Origin: Auanema rhodensis
Taxonomy: Eukaryota > Animalia > Nematoda
Assembly: GCA_964057225.1 (NCBI GenBank)
Contig: OZ059896.1
Coordinates: 6,572,001-6,636,000 of the forward strand
Direction: 5' to 3'
Length of the DNA: 64,000 bases
The notes beneath the pieces are model-generated. The model saw nothing but the letters and a program-made list of their open reading frames with translations, ran no database searches and was not told the DNA's origin. The translations under genes were made by a program, and so were the position numbers. How positions within the stretch are numbered: the first letter of the stretch is position 1; each line of letters opens with the position of its first letter. Positions 13,090 through 24,299 of this stretch are shown one piece after another.

Positions 13090-14350
13090 CTAAACTTTTG
13101 TATTATTTTTGAATAATCGGTGAGCTTTTTCTAGGTTCCCGATAGAACCATTAATTCTGTAAAAACAATTCATACACATTTCTCTTTCTTTTATAGTTAC
13201 CGGAATTTATAGTTTTGTTGTGCCAACGCTTTCACAATGGCTGTAATATTTTGAACATCATCGATTCCACTATGAAGACGACCCTTTAGAAACGAAATAA
13301 TAATAATAATAATAATAAGTAGAATATCTAACCGTGTGTGTGATATTATAATATCTGAGCAAATCCATGATGCCTTTACAGTAATGTCCTGTGTGGTGAC
13401 TGTGGCATTTTTTTATATTAATCCATTTCGAAAAATACTCTTCCAACGCGAATCCTTTGTAAGCGGCTTCATCCGTAAGAGCAACTTTAAGATCCCAATC
13501 ACCGCAAGTAACAAAAGCAAAATTTGATGTGGAAATATTCTCCTACAACATCAACTGATTATATCAAATATAATTTATGGTACCCTTTCCAGCCATTCAT
13601 GAAACATAGCCAAAGTTTGATTGATTTGAGGACGATTTTCAACCATTTCCTGAATGGGTTCTATGTCAAAAAAATTGATAGTGATGAAACCTGTATAATA
13701 CCAGTAAGTTCACTACAAAATGATGTAAGAATGGGACGTTCGGTAGGTGATATATATTGATGAAACCTAGCTTTCTCTTTCCAAGTTTTGGTCTCAAGAG
13801 CTATAACAGGCATCTCAATTATTTCCTGAAAAATTTTATTATATGACATAGAAATATAGATGTATACTTGAACAGGCATGATGCGAGCACCTTTATCACA
13901 AGTTGCTTCAAAATCCAATACAAGTAGATAGTCGAAATCAGGCTCATTTGAAAATGGTAGTTCTAATTAATTCATTAATGAAAAAATTCAATTAGCTTGT
14001 TACCTCTTGCTGATGTTACATTATAAGCATTTTTCATATGTTTAACATAACCCTTAGAAACTTTCTTCTGATTTGGTTTATATGATATTGTCTAAAATTC
14101 TATGAATCAGTTGTGCAAAAACAAGATTCGCTTTTTTTTCAAACGATAAGGAACATATTGAGTTTTTTATGAATTTTTTGTGCGATGAGTTTCTGAATAA
14201 ACAATTGGCAAGTAACTCCCACTTCATTGTATACATTTTCAATGTTGCTTTCAGAGAAAATGCATTAAAAAAGTTAAGTGAAACTAACCTTAGCGTTTGA
14301 AAAACATATTGATGAAGATATTCTTCGTAATTGAATCGCTCTATATACAT
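13090..14350 (-). CDS. ERI1/ERI3-family DEDDh 3'-5' exoribonuclease
   Basis: FDYLLVLDFEATC, EIIEMP, LTSFCSELTGI, FVTCGDWDL, WINIKK and GRLHSGIDD motifs. The 5' exons (start 14350) are less certain. Confidence 0.85.
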
Positions 14351-15079
14351 TCATATAATATATCTATTATATAATTTTAGTAATATAATATAATACTTTC
14401 TAAAATAAGGTATACAAACTACACTTCATTACGTACACTTATTATAACCTACCGTCATTTTAAAAACTGTATGGAACATTCGCAATAAATTCTTTTAAAA
14501 TACATATGATTGACGCGTAAAGTCTTCGATTTTCCAAGATGTACTTTGAACTGTTATCGAATATCACTGAAATCGACATCCGAAATGATTTTTTGTTCAT
14601 CGTAGAAGAGTTTCCTATCCTGATTCTTAAATTCCATCTCGTAACTATCAATTTTGTTTCATGCCAATAAATTGTTTGCGTATATTAATGGTTCATCCGG
14701 TGAATTATTCAAAATTTATTTTTTCTGATTGAAGTCAGCCATTCTCTAAGTTTTCTTTACAAGATATTAGTGTCCTTCTAGGTATGTGCATCATCATTAT
14801 AGACATCAGGATATGCTCGACGAATAAACTAATCCAAATGTAACAAGATTGTTATATTCCGTTATCGAGATCTGTAATTCTAAATATTTTTGATTTGTAC
14901 AATCTTCAAATATTATGGTAATGAACATCCATGTGCAACTGAAAATCTTAAACAAATGGAATATATTTTTAAGTGCTTCTCATATCAATAAAACGAGCAA
15001 GAAAAGGGCACTGTGTAGGGTAAAATAGGAATTATTTTACAAGAATATTCTAATTCTCTTCCGTTGTCTTTATATTTTC

Positions 15080-16444
15080 ATGGTCATTTTTATGTCTTGC
15101 CATTTCTTATCTCCAACTCTCTTCAAGGTAACGCAGGGCTTAATCGTATCTTTCTGTCTTCTCTGGCAAGAATCAAACGCCATATTCTGGAGAAAATATG
15201 TGGGGCTGCTGTAGGTATGTTTCTCGGTTAAACTCATTTTTTTTACCAAAATGTGATCAAAACGAAACTTTCTGATTTAGTGCTGACGAGTTTCCTGCTA
15301 ATTCGCATATACAACACCATGATTTTGCCCATTACTCACAAGACCATATGCCTTGCTTTCAGGTATTTTTTTAATCATTTTTTGGTATATAACATCTATA
15401 TCACTGTTAGCATATTTATATGTATAACCTTGCATTTGTTAACAAGAGTAAAAAAAGTTCAGGAATTCGAGACTGTCATTCTTTACTCTTTTAACAAACA
15501 TAAAATAAAATTTGTACTACTAACACTGAAATATCGACTTAATTTTTTAATTATTAAAAAAATAATGTTTCATCTATAGCCTCCAGCAATACCTTCGGAG
15601 AAGTTTTCTGACTCAAATCCCATAACTACCAATTTTGATGTAAAATATCATCATCATCATCATCATCATCATGTTCATCAACAACATTGCCATGATCATC
15701 AACAACATTGCCATGATCATCATACCCATGATCATCATATTAGTCACCACTGTCATTATTACGTTGACCGTAATCGTATGTAGTCATCATGTATTTTTAT
15801 TGAGCATCTTTTTTATAGAGGCAAATCATGTTCCAGATGTAACTCAAGCTGAAATTCCTTGTCAATTCAATTGGAATTTAGGCTCATGCCCTCCTCAATG
15901 CGAAGATCGTCTTCCTGAAATGGGAATAGATGAGCCTGATAAGAAAAAAATTTTACAAGAAATACATGAAGAATGTGAGCATATGCTCGCTAAAGATGAT
16001 TGTGCATCTTGTCATATAAAGTTATTGATCTCCCAAAATATTTAGATAGGTTTTTTTTTCAGGTTTGGAGATAATTCAGATGTCAAAGCAATCCCCTTGA
16101 GTAAATTGGTCAATATTGTTCTGATGTCCGCTGGAGCATCTTTGGATGGTGAAAAATACAGTTCACACGCTGATATAATAAATATTTTTAGATGTGAGTC
16201 GTGCTGCATCAGCATTATGTAGGAAAAGAGAACAAAACAAAGAAGCTGCGTCAAAATATAGGGATCGACAAAAGAATAAGTCGGAGTAAGGGTCCAATAA
16301 TGTATTAATTTTATTGATTGAAGATGGCGACAGCTTACCGAAGAAAAATCTGAACTAGAAGAAAAGAATGATAAGCTAAAAAAAACTGTTTTGGCTTTGG
16401 AGAAAGAAGTTACAGAAATTCGTCGAAAGCTTTTGAACCAGTAG
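15080..16444 (+). CDS. bZIP transcription factor, ATF4/5 clade, ATFS-1/ZIP-3-like, with a His/Cys-rich tract
   Basis: Spliced C-terminus RKREQNKEAASKYRDRQKNKWRQLTEEKSELEEKNDKLKKTVLALEKEVTEIRRKLLNQ* (basic region plus zipper). Upstream exons splice in frame; the start codon is uncertain. Confidence 0.8.
15649..15756 (+). repeat. Coding (CAT)8 plus a 21-bp tandem duplication encoding a poly-His/HQQHCHD tract
   Basis: (CAT)8 at 15649-15672 and CATCAACAACATTGCCATGAT x2 at 15676-15717. Confidence 0.9.
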
Positions 16445-17122
16445 ATAATAAATTAATTTTAGAATCCTAAGTGTATGCAACTATTGACATGTTAAAGTAT
16501 AAGTACTGATAATGATTTAAATATATGGAATAACCAAGTAATGGTTAAACTTTCAACAATATAATACTTAATAAATTTACCTTCAATTCTAATACTGAAA
16601 AACATTTATTATAGTAAATGATTAAGATAGATAATTAGTTTATGCTCTGGATGGTATATTTAAATGTGTCATTGGGCGGATAATTTAGAGAATCCTGAAT
16701 CAAAAAAATATTAATCGACAACAACGACAATGACAAAAGAAGATTTTTTCGTTCATAGTTTCACAAGAAAATATCTCATCTCAACATAACTAAACGTCTT
16801 GCACCAATAATTATATAATTAACACGTTTCTATTTCAAAAAAGATGTTTATGAGGTTCAACTAGATATTTTACCTATAAAAGTAATTAACATGGTACAAG
16901 AAGTCAAATATCTAAAATTGGTGACCATCTGTGCTAGGTCAAACATTGGTGTAATATTTTTCCGCGCTCTACCGCCATTTTTATTCAACCTCTTTTGGCT
17001 TGGTTTGCTTTTGAAAACTAATGATTTTTTTAGATGCAGTATTTAGATAAATTGTATGATTTCTGGAGTTATATTATTACTATATTATTCTATATTGCTA
17101 TGTCATCTTTTTTTAGCTCATA

Positions 17123-17426
17123 ATGGAGGTGATGGATGATGAATTTACTGTAGAGGCTATTCTTAGTGTTAAACGAGTAGGAACACAAGTTGTATATTTA
17201 GTTCGATGGGCAACTTTTGGACCTAGCGAAGATACATGGGAGCCAGAATGGATCTTTCGCTGTAAGGCAAACTATATTTTACAGAATTAATAAATTTTAT
17301 TTAGACGACTTAGAGCTTTCAAATATGCTAGATAACTACATTGAAAAACATAAGGAGCGAATAAAAAAGTTGAAAGATAGGGCTCGGCTGGAACGACTCA
17401 AATCGAAGACTGTACAACATTTGTGA
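17123..17426 (+). CDS. Small chromodomain protein (about 86 aa; both ends uncertain)
   Basis: EFTVEAILSVKRVGTQVVYLVRWATFGPSEDTWEPE is a canonical chromodomain. One GT-AG intron, followed by a basic helix. Confidence 0.8.
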
Positions 17427-17780
17427 AATTAAAATCATGCTCAATTTGTTTTATCTACGGTTTAATGTTTTATTACTCACTTCATATGCAGCTGATTTAA
17501 ACTTCTATTATATAATTAAACGTCGTATTTCAATTAATTCCTTTGTTTACAAAAGTATATCTTGTATTATATTAGTTCCTTCACGTACAGTATCCTTAAA
17601 AAGGTTGTATATGAACGCTGGTTGTTTTCATCCTTTTATAATGCCACTGATTGTTTTTCATACTGATTATTTATAAATCTAGAATCTGATTCACTATGTG
17701 TGCTATCGTGTTTTACAAGCAAAGCAAAGTAGTTTAAACGATACGAATGAATAGGAAAAATGTGATTCAAAAAAAAATCA

Positions 17781-17823
17781 GTCGCGCGTTTTTACTGAAA
17801 TGGCTAGAAGCGCGCTCCAATGG
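17781..17823. promoter_or_regulatory. CpG-rich promoter motifs upstream of Rpp14-KDSR
   Basis: GTCGCGCGTT and GCGCGCTCCAAT in an AT-rich context about 130 bp upstream of the Rpp14 ATG. They resemble the CGCGCTCCA motif common in Caenorhabditis promoters. Confidence 0.4.
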
Positions 17824-17953
17824 ATATGAAAATTGTTTAAATTAAAGCTTAATTTATCAAAATGTGTTTTTAAACTGTGTTACTTCCTCGACCACTTTTC
17901 GAAAACTTAATAAATATATTGTAGAGCTTATATTGAATCACAAAGTTCTATTT

Positions 17954-18436
17954 ATGGGAAAGAGAACGCCTTCCATTGCTTCTGAGTACGCACGTTTGAC
18001 CGTTAAAGTGTAGGTCACTATTTTGTTATCTAGAAATAATTTCTTATCGTTATTGATTTTTGTTCAATAAATTCTCACCGCAATATTTATAGCGAAACAG
18101 AAGATTTTAATTTCGGATATTCTAAATTCGAACTTCTCGTTTCTCAAGCTATAAAAGAAATTTTAGGGTCTTGTGGCCCCGACTTCAAGGTAAGCACAGC
18201 ACGGCATTTCCCTTATACAATACATTTCTAGGTTGACTTCTACGACGCAACAAGTAAAAAGGGAAGTGTAATCGCTACCGGAGAAGATATTCTTCGTATT
18301 TGGGCTGCTTTATCTTGTTACGGTTCTTTGTACGAACGCCGAGTTGCAGTTCATTTTCACGCGGTAAACTTATGATTTTTTTCATTGCTTCTAACTCTTC
18401 CTAATTTAGTTAACAGAATATCAAGCATCTCAGTAA
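17954..18436 (+). CDS. Rpp14/Pop5-family RNase P/MRP protein subunit (103 aa), absent from the ORF track
   Basis: Exons 17954-18009, 18093-18189, 18232-18363 and 18410-18436 give MGKRTPSIASEYARLTVKVETEDFNFGYSKFELLVSQAIKEILGSCGPDFKVDFYDATSKKGSVIATGEDILRIWAALSCYGSLYERRVAVHFHALTEYQASQ*. AIKEILGSCG and RIWAALSCYGS match the RPP14 pattern (A-x-K-x-L-F-G-x-x-G; KLWSSLTLLGS). Confidence 0.85.
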
Positions 18437-18437
18437 A

Positions 18438-19768
18438 ATGTCAGCTCTTGTGTATTTATGGCTAATTCCTATTTTTCTTTTCGCCCTTTTTCTGGTCTTT
18501 GTTCTTTTGTTGTATTTTTCCACTCCTTCACGTAAAAATATCGAGTTTAAAGGGAAACATGCTCTTGTTACAGGTTTAATTGAATTTTTATTTTTTAATA
18601 TTGTTTTTGCTGTCATAGGAGGTTCTAAGGGTATCGGTAAACAGATTGCTCATCAGCTTCTACTGAGAGGCTGCCATGTTACAATTGTTGCTCGTAATGA
18701 AAATGATTTAAAGGTTAGATACATTTTACTAAAGAGAGTTAAAAAAATTTAGATTTCTTGTGATGATCTTCAATTAGTTGCTGATCAACGTGGACAGAAC
18801 CAAAAAGTTCAGTGGAGATCTGCCGATCTTACTCAAAATTTCGAGAATGTGAGTATCATAGTATTAGTTTTTTTCACTGAAGCAATTTAGATAGAAAAAA
18901 TGGTTCGAGATGCAGAGAAAGAATTGGGCCCTGTCCATATTCTAATAAACAATGCTGGCCACAGCGTTCAAGCTGGATTTGAAGATATCCCTGTAGATGA
19001 TTTTGAAAAACAAATGAAAGTCAATTATTTGAGTGCTGTATGTTATAGAACTTTAAATGACTTTTATTATCTTATATGACAGGTTTATATGACTAAATCT
19101 GTAGTCAAGGGTATGAAATCCAGGAGAGCTGGTCATATTTCTTTTGTATCTTCTGCAGCTGGCCAGTGTGGTATTTATGGATATACCGCTTATTCGCCTA
19201 CTAAATTTGCTTTAAGGTAAATCAATGCGTGATAATTATGAGCAACATTGAATTTTTTCAGAGGTTTCGCAGATGTGCTTCATATGGAGCTTTTACCGTA
19301 TAAAATCAACGTTGCTTTATTATACCCTCCTAATACTGACACAGAAGGTTTCAAGGTAGTGTAACTATTCATAAATTGATTTATTGGTATTTTATTCAGG
19401 TGGAGTTAGAGACAATGCCGGAAGAAACGAAACTGATGTCTGACTCTGCTGGATTGTTCACTCCAGAAGATGTTGCTGCAGCCCACGTTGTAGACATTTC
19501 TGATGGTCAATATACAACCACCATTGGCACCGATGGTTGGATGCTAGGAGTGCTTACTTCTGGAGCAGCTCCTGAAAAGAGTTTAGGAAGGGCTGTTGTC
19601 CAAGTAAATTATACAATTTCCATTAATAGTAATCATTTATTTAATTAGTGTTTCTTGGCTGGCGTGTTCAGGGCAATCATGCTCTGTTATGTGGGATATT
19701 TTAATGGTATTGTTAAGAAGTGTTATATAAGAAGGAGAAATGCAGAAATGGAGGAGAAACAAGAATAA
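18438..19768 (+). CDS. kdsr-1: 3-ketodihydrosphingosine reductase (KDSR/FVT1, SDR family)
   Basis: N-terminal hydrophobic anchor, TGGSKGIG, LINNAG, YTAYSPTKFALRGFAD (YxxxK), YPPNTDTEGF and a C-terminal hydrophobic segment. Confidence 0.93.
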
Positions 19769-20148
19769 TTGTTGTTGTTATTACTTTAGCTCTAAAATTC
19801 ATATTCAAATCACCTGTCAAAATAATTATCAGAACTCAAACTCTGAATTATTGTTGTTAGCATTCTACTGGTTTTAGTAGTTTGGCTTGATTAAGAAATT
19901 GTTTCTTAGTTATATGAAATAATAAACCAAGTAAGAATATTTAGTTAAGCACATTTTGTATTCTTTTATAGTTGAATGAAGTATTTACAATGTAAAAACT
20001 AAAGAGATGAACTTCTTTCTTATGTTTTGCATTCTGTTCATCTCATGATCTTTTGTGGCCGTATTCATGGATTTGCAACTGTATTATTAAAAAGAAAAAG
20101 CGATGTGAAGAATTTATTTTCGTAGTCAGTTTTCGATATTGATGTTTT

Positions 20149-21543
20149 CTATTCAATTGTTAGTATCGTCCCAGAAAGTAAAGGCTGAATTAATGCTAAG
20201 CGATAATAACGAGCTCGTGGTTGATGGTCTAATGAGGAGAAGCTGTCTTCCTGGTATTTAGATTTCCTGAGAGAAATTGAATTTACAATACATCAATATT
20301 TGATAACCTGGTTAATATTTCTACGAAATGTGAGCGGAAGTCATTATTTATTACCAAATAAACAAAAACATTAACTCCAGAATTCAGGCAGGTAGCCCAG
20401 ACAGCTGGTTTCGATATAGTATCGCTTACCTAAATAATGAATTTGATTTTTTCAAATGAAAACTCACTGAAGTTATTAATAAAGAGCACAAAGATAGACT
20501 GTTGGGAATTGATACCAAAACAGTAGATATACAAGAAACAACTAAGCAACTTTTAATGTTTTGTCGATGTTTTTCTCTAAACAATAAAAGTAGTAGGTAT
20601 GAATTAAAAATAGAAGGCTTTAGACCTATGCTCAGAAGAGGTATAACCTTCCGCTATTGGCTTTCGTAGAGCTAATCCATTTAATACAACACCACTAATA
20701 TATCCAATAACATTATGACTATAGATTATACCAGATAGAAACCTGATAAGTTAAAAAAATGCAAATCGAAAACAATAATTTATAAAAAAAACCTCCCGAA
20801 TGCGGCTTTTCGTCCACAATAATATTTGACTGTTCCAGCAGAACGATGATAATAAGAGGTAGTGTAAGCAATGAGAATATACAAGAATACAAATATTAAT
20901 GTAAAATATACTAGAATTTCTTGTCTAAAAATATTTATTTGTCTTCAAATTTGAAATTCGTTTCATCTACCGTTTCTTTGACGTTATTCGCTTACAAGCA
21001 CATGTATTCAAATATTGATCTAATCCCATTGAAAATTGTACAATTGGAGGCCATACATCACCTATATTATGCTATAACTTTTAGAGTCAATGACTTTGAG
21101 ATACCAATCGTTCGTATTAGAAGCCAAAACTCCAAAGCACAACTCCAACTATTTTCTTGTTGGGCTTGACCAGTTTCAAGAACATTATTGTACAAATAGA
21201 TACTAAATTATAATATATGTATATAATTTATATAATTTATGAAGTTATAGGTAAATTCTTACCGATCTAGACCCATTAAACATATTCCAACACAGTTGAC
21301 AAAGTCAGCAATTGCCAGGCATATAACAAGCTAGAAAAATAGCCTATTAGTATAAGCATCAAAATATTATTATAATTGCTTTAAAACCTTATTTTTCTGA
21401 CGCATTGCTCTATTAGTTAATAGACAATAAAGAAGAGCTATGGCTAGAACTGCACATGTAGCGCCAAGTTTAACGTTAACTTTATGGTAAATAATGATTT
21501 CTTGAAGATGACTACTTACGCTTTTTAGATTTACCTTTTCCAT
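20149..21543 (-). CDS. Nematode serpentine/rhodopsin-like GPCR (Srsx-like)
   Basis: In-frame exons with LAIADFVNC, MGLDR, WSCALEFW, YYCGRKAAFG, VSIPN and LNSGVNVFVYLVINNDFR; seven hydrophobic segments. Confidence 0.75.
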
Positions 21544-24299
21544 AGAAATTTTTCTGCAAAAAATTAGCTTTAAGTGTCAAATAATTGAATTAGAATCTTA
21601 TTTTGTGTTAGGAAACACATATGTATGCATATATATATGCATATATCTTCAAGAAAAAATAGTAAAAGCTTCTCTTACAACAGAATACGAAGACAATCGA
21701 AAAACATGAGACGTAAAAGTATATTTGGGATTTATTTTTACATTATAACTCAACTTTACTCAACCAATAACGAACTTTAAAAAAAAAAAAACAAGAACAT
21801 AAAGCAGTACATGAGACATCATCTACTCTAACGTAAACTCATGTTAAAATCATATGAACATCTGAAATATTTAAGTATAAGATGGAAATGTAAGTGCATA
21901 AGGTTTATTAGTCAGATTACTTGAATTCAAGTAGTATTCAGGATAAGAATGTGAATTAGACGGGAATAATAGCATTAACAGCAGACAAATTCATATTCTG
22001 ATATCCATTTATTCCTTCTATCAGAAATAAAAAAAAAGCTTATCAATCAAGTTAATGGTATGAAGAAAATTGAAAACAGAGAAATGAAAATATCAGTAGA
22101 ATATCAGATGATGAATAGAAAAGCCAAAAAAAAAAATATGAAGCTGTTCATATTCAGAAACGGTAAACCTGACTCCCGCTGAGGTTAGCCATAGTAAGCT
22201 AGGGTTTAACCATACGCATTGTTACTACTTATGTGAGAGTCTGAAGTAAACAGAGTAAATTTGCTAAAAAAAAAACCGAAACAGAGCTCCGCAACATAAT
22301 CCACTTTTTGAGCAACCCTTTTCTGTTTACTTTGTTTTCCATATAAGTAACTTTTATTTTTCTATCTGAAGTAATAATTATGACGAACTACTTCAGCTTT
22401 CTCACTATTTTTCTCAAATAAGTTAGTTTATTTTTGTTCAATGAATTTAATGCAGAGTACTTAACTAAAACCTAAAATTGTTTTCATCATCAGTATATAA
22501 GAGAAATAATTTAAGGAAAAATGTTTTTCTTTCATTACATATTTCATTTATCGGTGTCAGTATAGATGCTGTAAGAAATTCATCAACAAATAATCCATTT
22601 TTATATAAAATATTTAACTTTTAAATTATTTAATAATAATAATATAATATTTATGTCATCATCATTAATCATTGGTTGTTTCCAGTAGAAGAAAATTGAA
22701 CAAAAAAAAATGGTAGAAAAATAAAAATAAATCTATTTGAAATGTAATAAGCATAGCAAAAAAGAAAATCAAATAATGCATATATCTAGAACTATATATG
22801 TATATATAGATATAGATACATATGCGAAACAAGATGTTAAGAAAAGTAAAAATACTGGTCTCTTATGACTAAAAAAAGTAATTTAATCAAAGAAAATTGC
22901 TTTAACTTTAAAAACACTTCAGAAAAGATCGAAAAGATTAGCTCTTCACTATTAGCATGAACCAGGAAAGCAAATTTCATCCAACATCATCTATTTAAAA
23001 AAGGAATACATTTAATTAACTGAAAAGTTAAATTATTTTAATTTTTACCCTCCTGCTCTTCCGCTTTTCAAGTTTAGTATTTTAGTAGCATCTAATCGAA
23101 TATAGTACATGGTAACTGAAACAATTTTCAAATTGATGTGTACTTCTCTTCATTTACATAAATCATATTCATGTATAGCCGTGACGTGTGAACCAAATGG
23201 TTCATTCATTTTTAACTGAGAGCAGAGCTTAAACGGTTGAGCAGTAGAAATTTCACATACGCTATTTCACATTTAATCGTTTGAAGTTCCATTTCATGGA
23301 TACTTCAATTGGTTCGAAGTTCACTTCCCAAATCTATTTGAGACTCCACATAACGAGGTGGACAGCTAATTGTCATATCATATTCCAAGTCATATTATTC
23401 TCGTAAATTATATTTATTGATTTCTGCCTTTGAAAATTATTTAATAGATATAGGAAAGACGTTAAGAACATTTTTTCGAACTATGTTCAATACATAACCT
23501 AAGCAATGACGTCATGTATGCACAATTGAATTATGATCTTAACAACTTCTATTATTCCTTTGAACTTGAAAGGTTGCCTGATACGCATAAAAACAAAAAG
23601 GTAAAAAAATAAATTTATTGAAAAAACGAATGATTGTCTAAGACAATGTTTGTAGTTTCATTTCCATTTTGACCTTTAGTTAGTTAGTTGTCTAAGACAG
23701 ATGAAAGAATCTCATACAATTGACAGAAACTGCACAAACGTTGGCTCACATGGATAGATACGGGAATTTCCAATCATGGAATCATGAAGGTCTCAATGTT
23801 TAACAACATAAAATTGAAATTTACATAATATAATTAAATCAGGTTTTAAAACAATATACATCAATGGAATCCTGTTGGTCCACAGTCTGAATCTGGTATA
23901 GGTTGATCACAAACTATATATGGGAAACTATGCTAATTATGCATTTCTAATATAAAATATAAAATAGGGCCCGAAAATGTTTGAGAAAGTGAGCGAATAC
24001 ATGAAGAGCTGAATAACAAGAACCAAAATGTTCAAAATTTGTTTAAATTCTATTCGTATATCAGTGAGAAAAATGTTATTTCTATTAATTTCTATTAAGG
24101 AGAATTTTAAGTAAAAAACTAAAAAAATACGTTTTCTCCGTTTCAAAGTTAAAAAACCGAACTTTTGTAAACCCCTAATAGTAAGAATTTTAATATTTTA
24201 ATGAAAGAAATTTAATGTATAATGATCCGAGATTATAATACAAACTCAACAACATCATTTTACATAACTAGACGTTATAGTTAAGACTATTTATAGAGC

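Noticed and set aside
14460-14900. Coding-looking sequence between the exonuclease and the bZIP
   Set aside because: Stops in all frames and no recognisable homology; I cannot support even a pseudogene call.
22950-23420. Exon-like pieces with splice signals downstream of wnk-1
   Set aside because: An in-frame stop and inconsistent phases; no product could be assembled.
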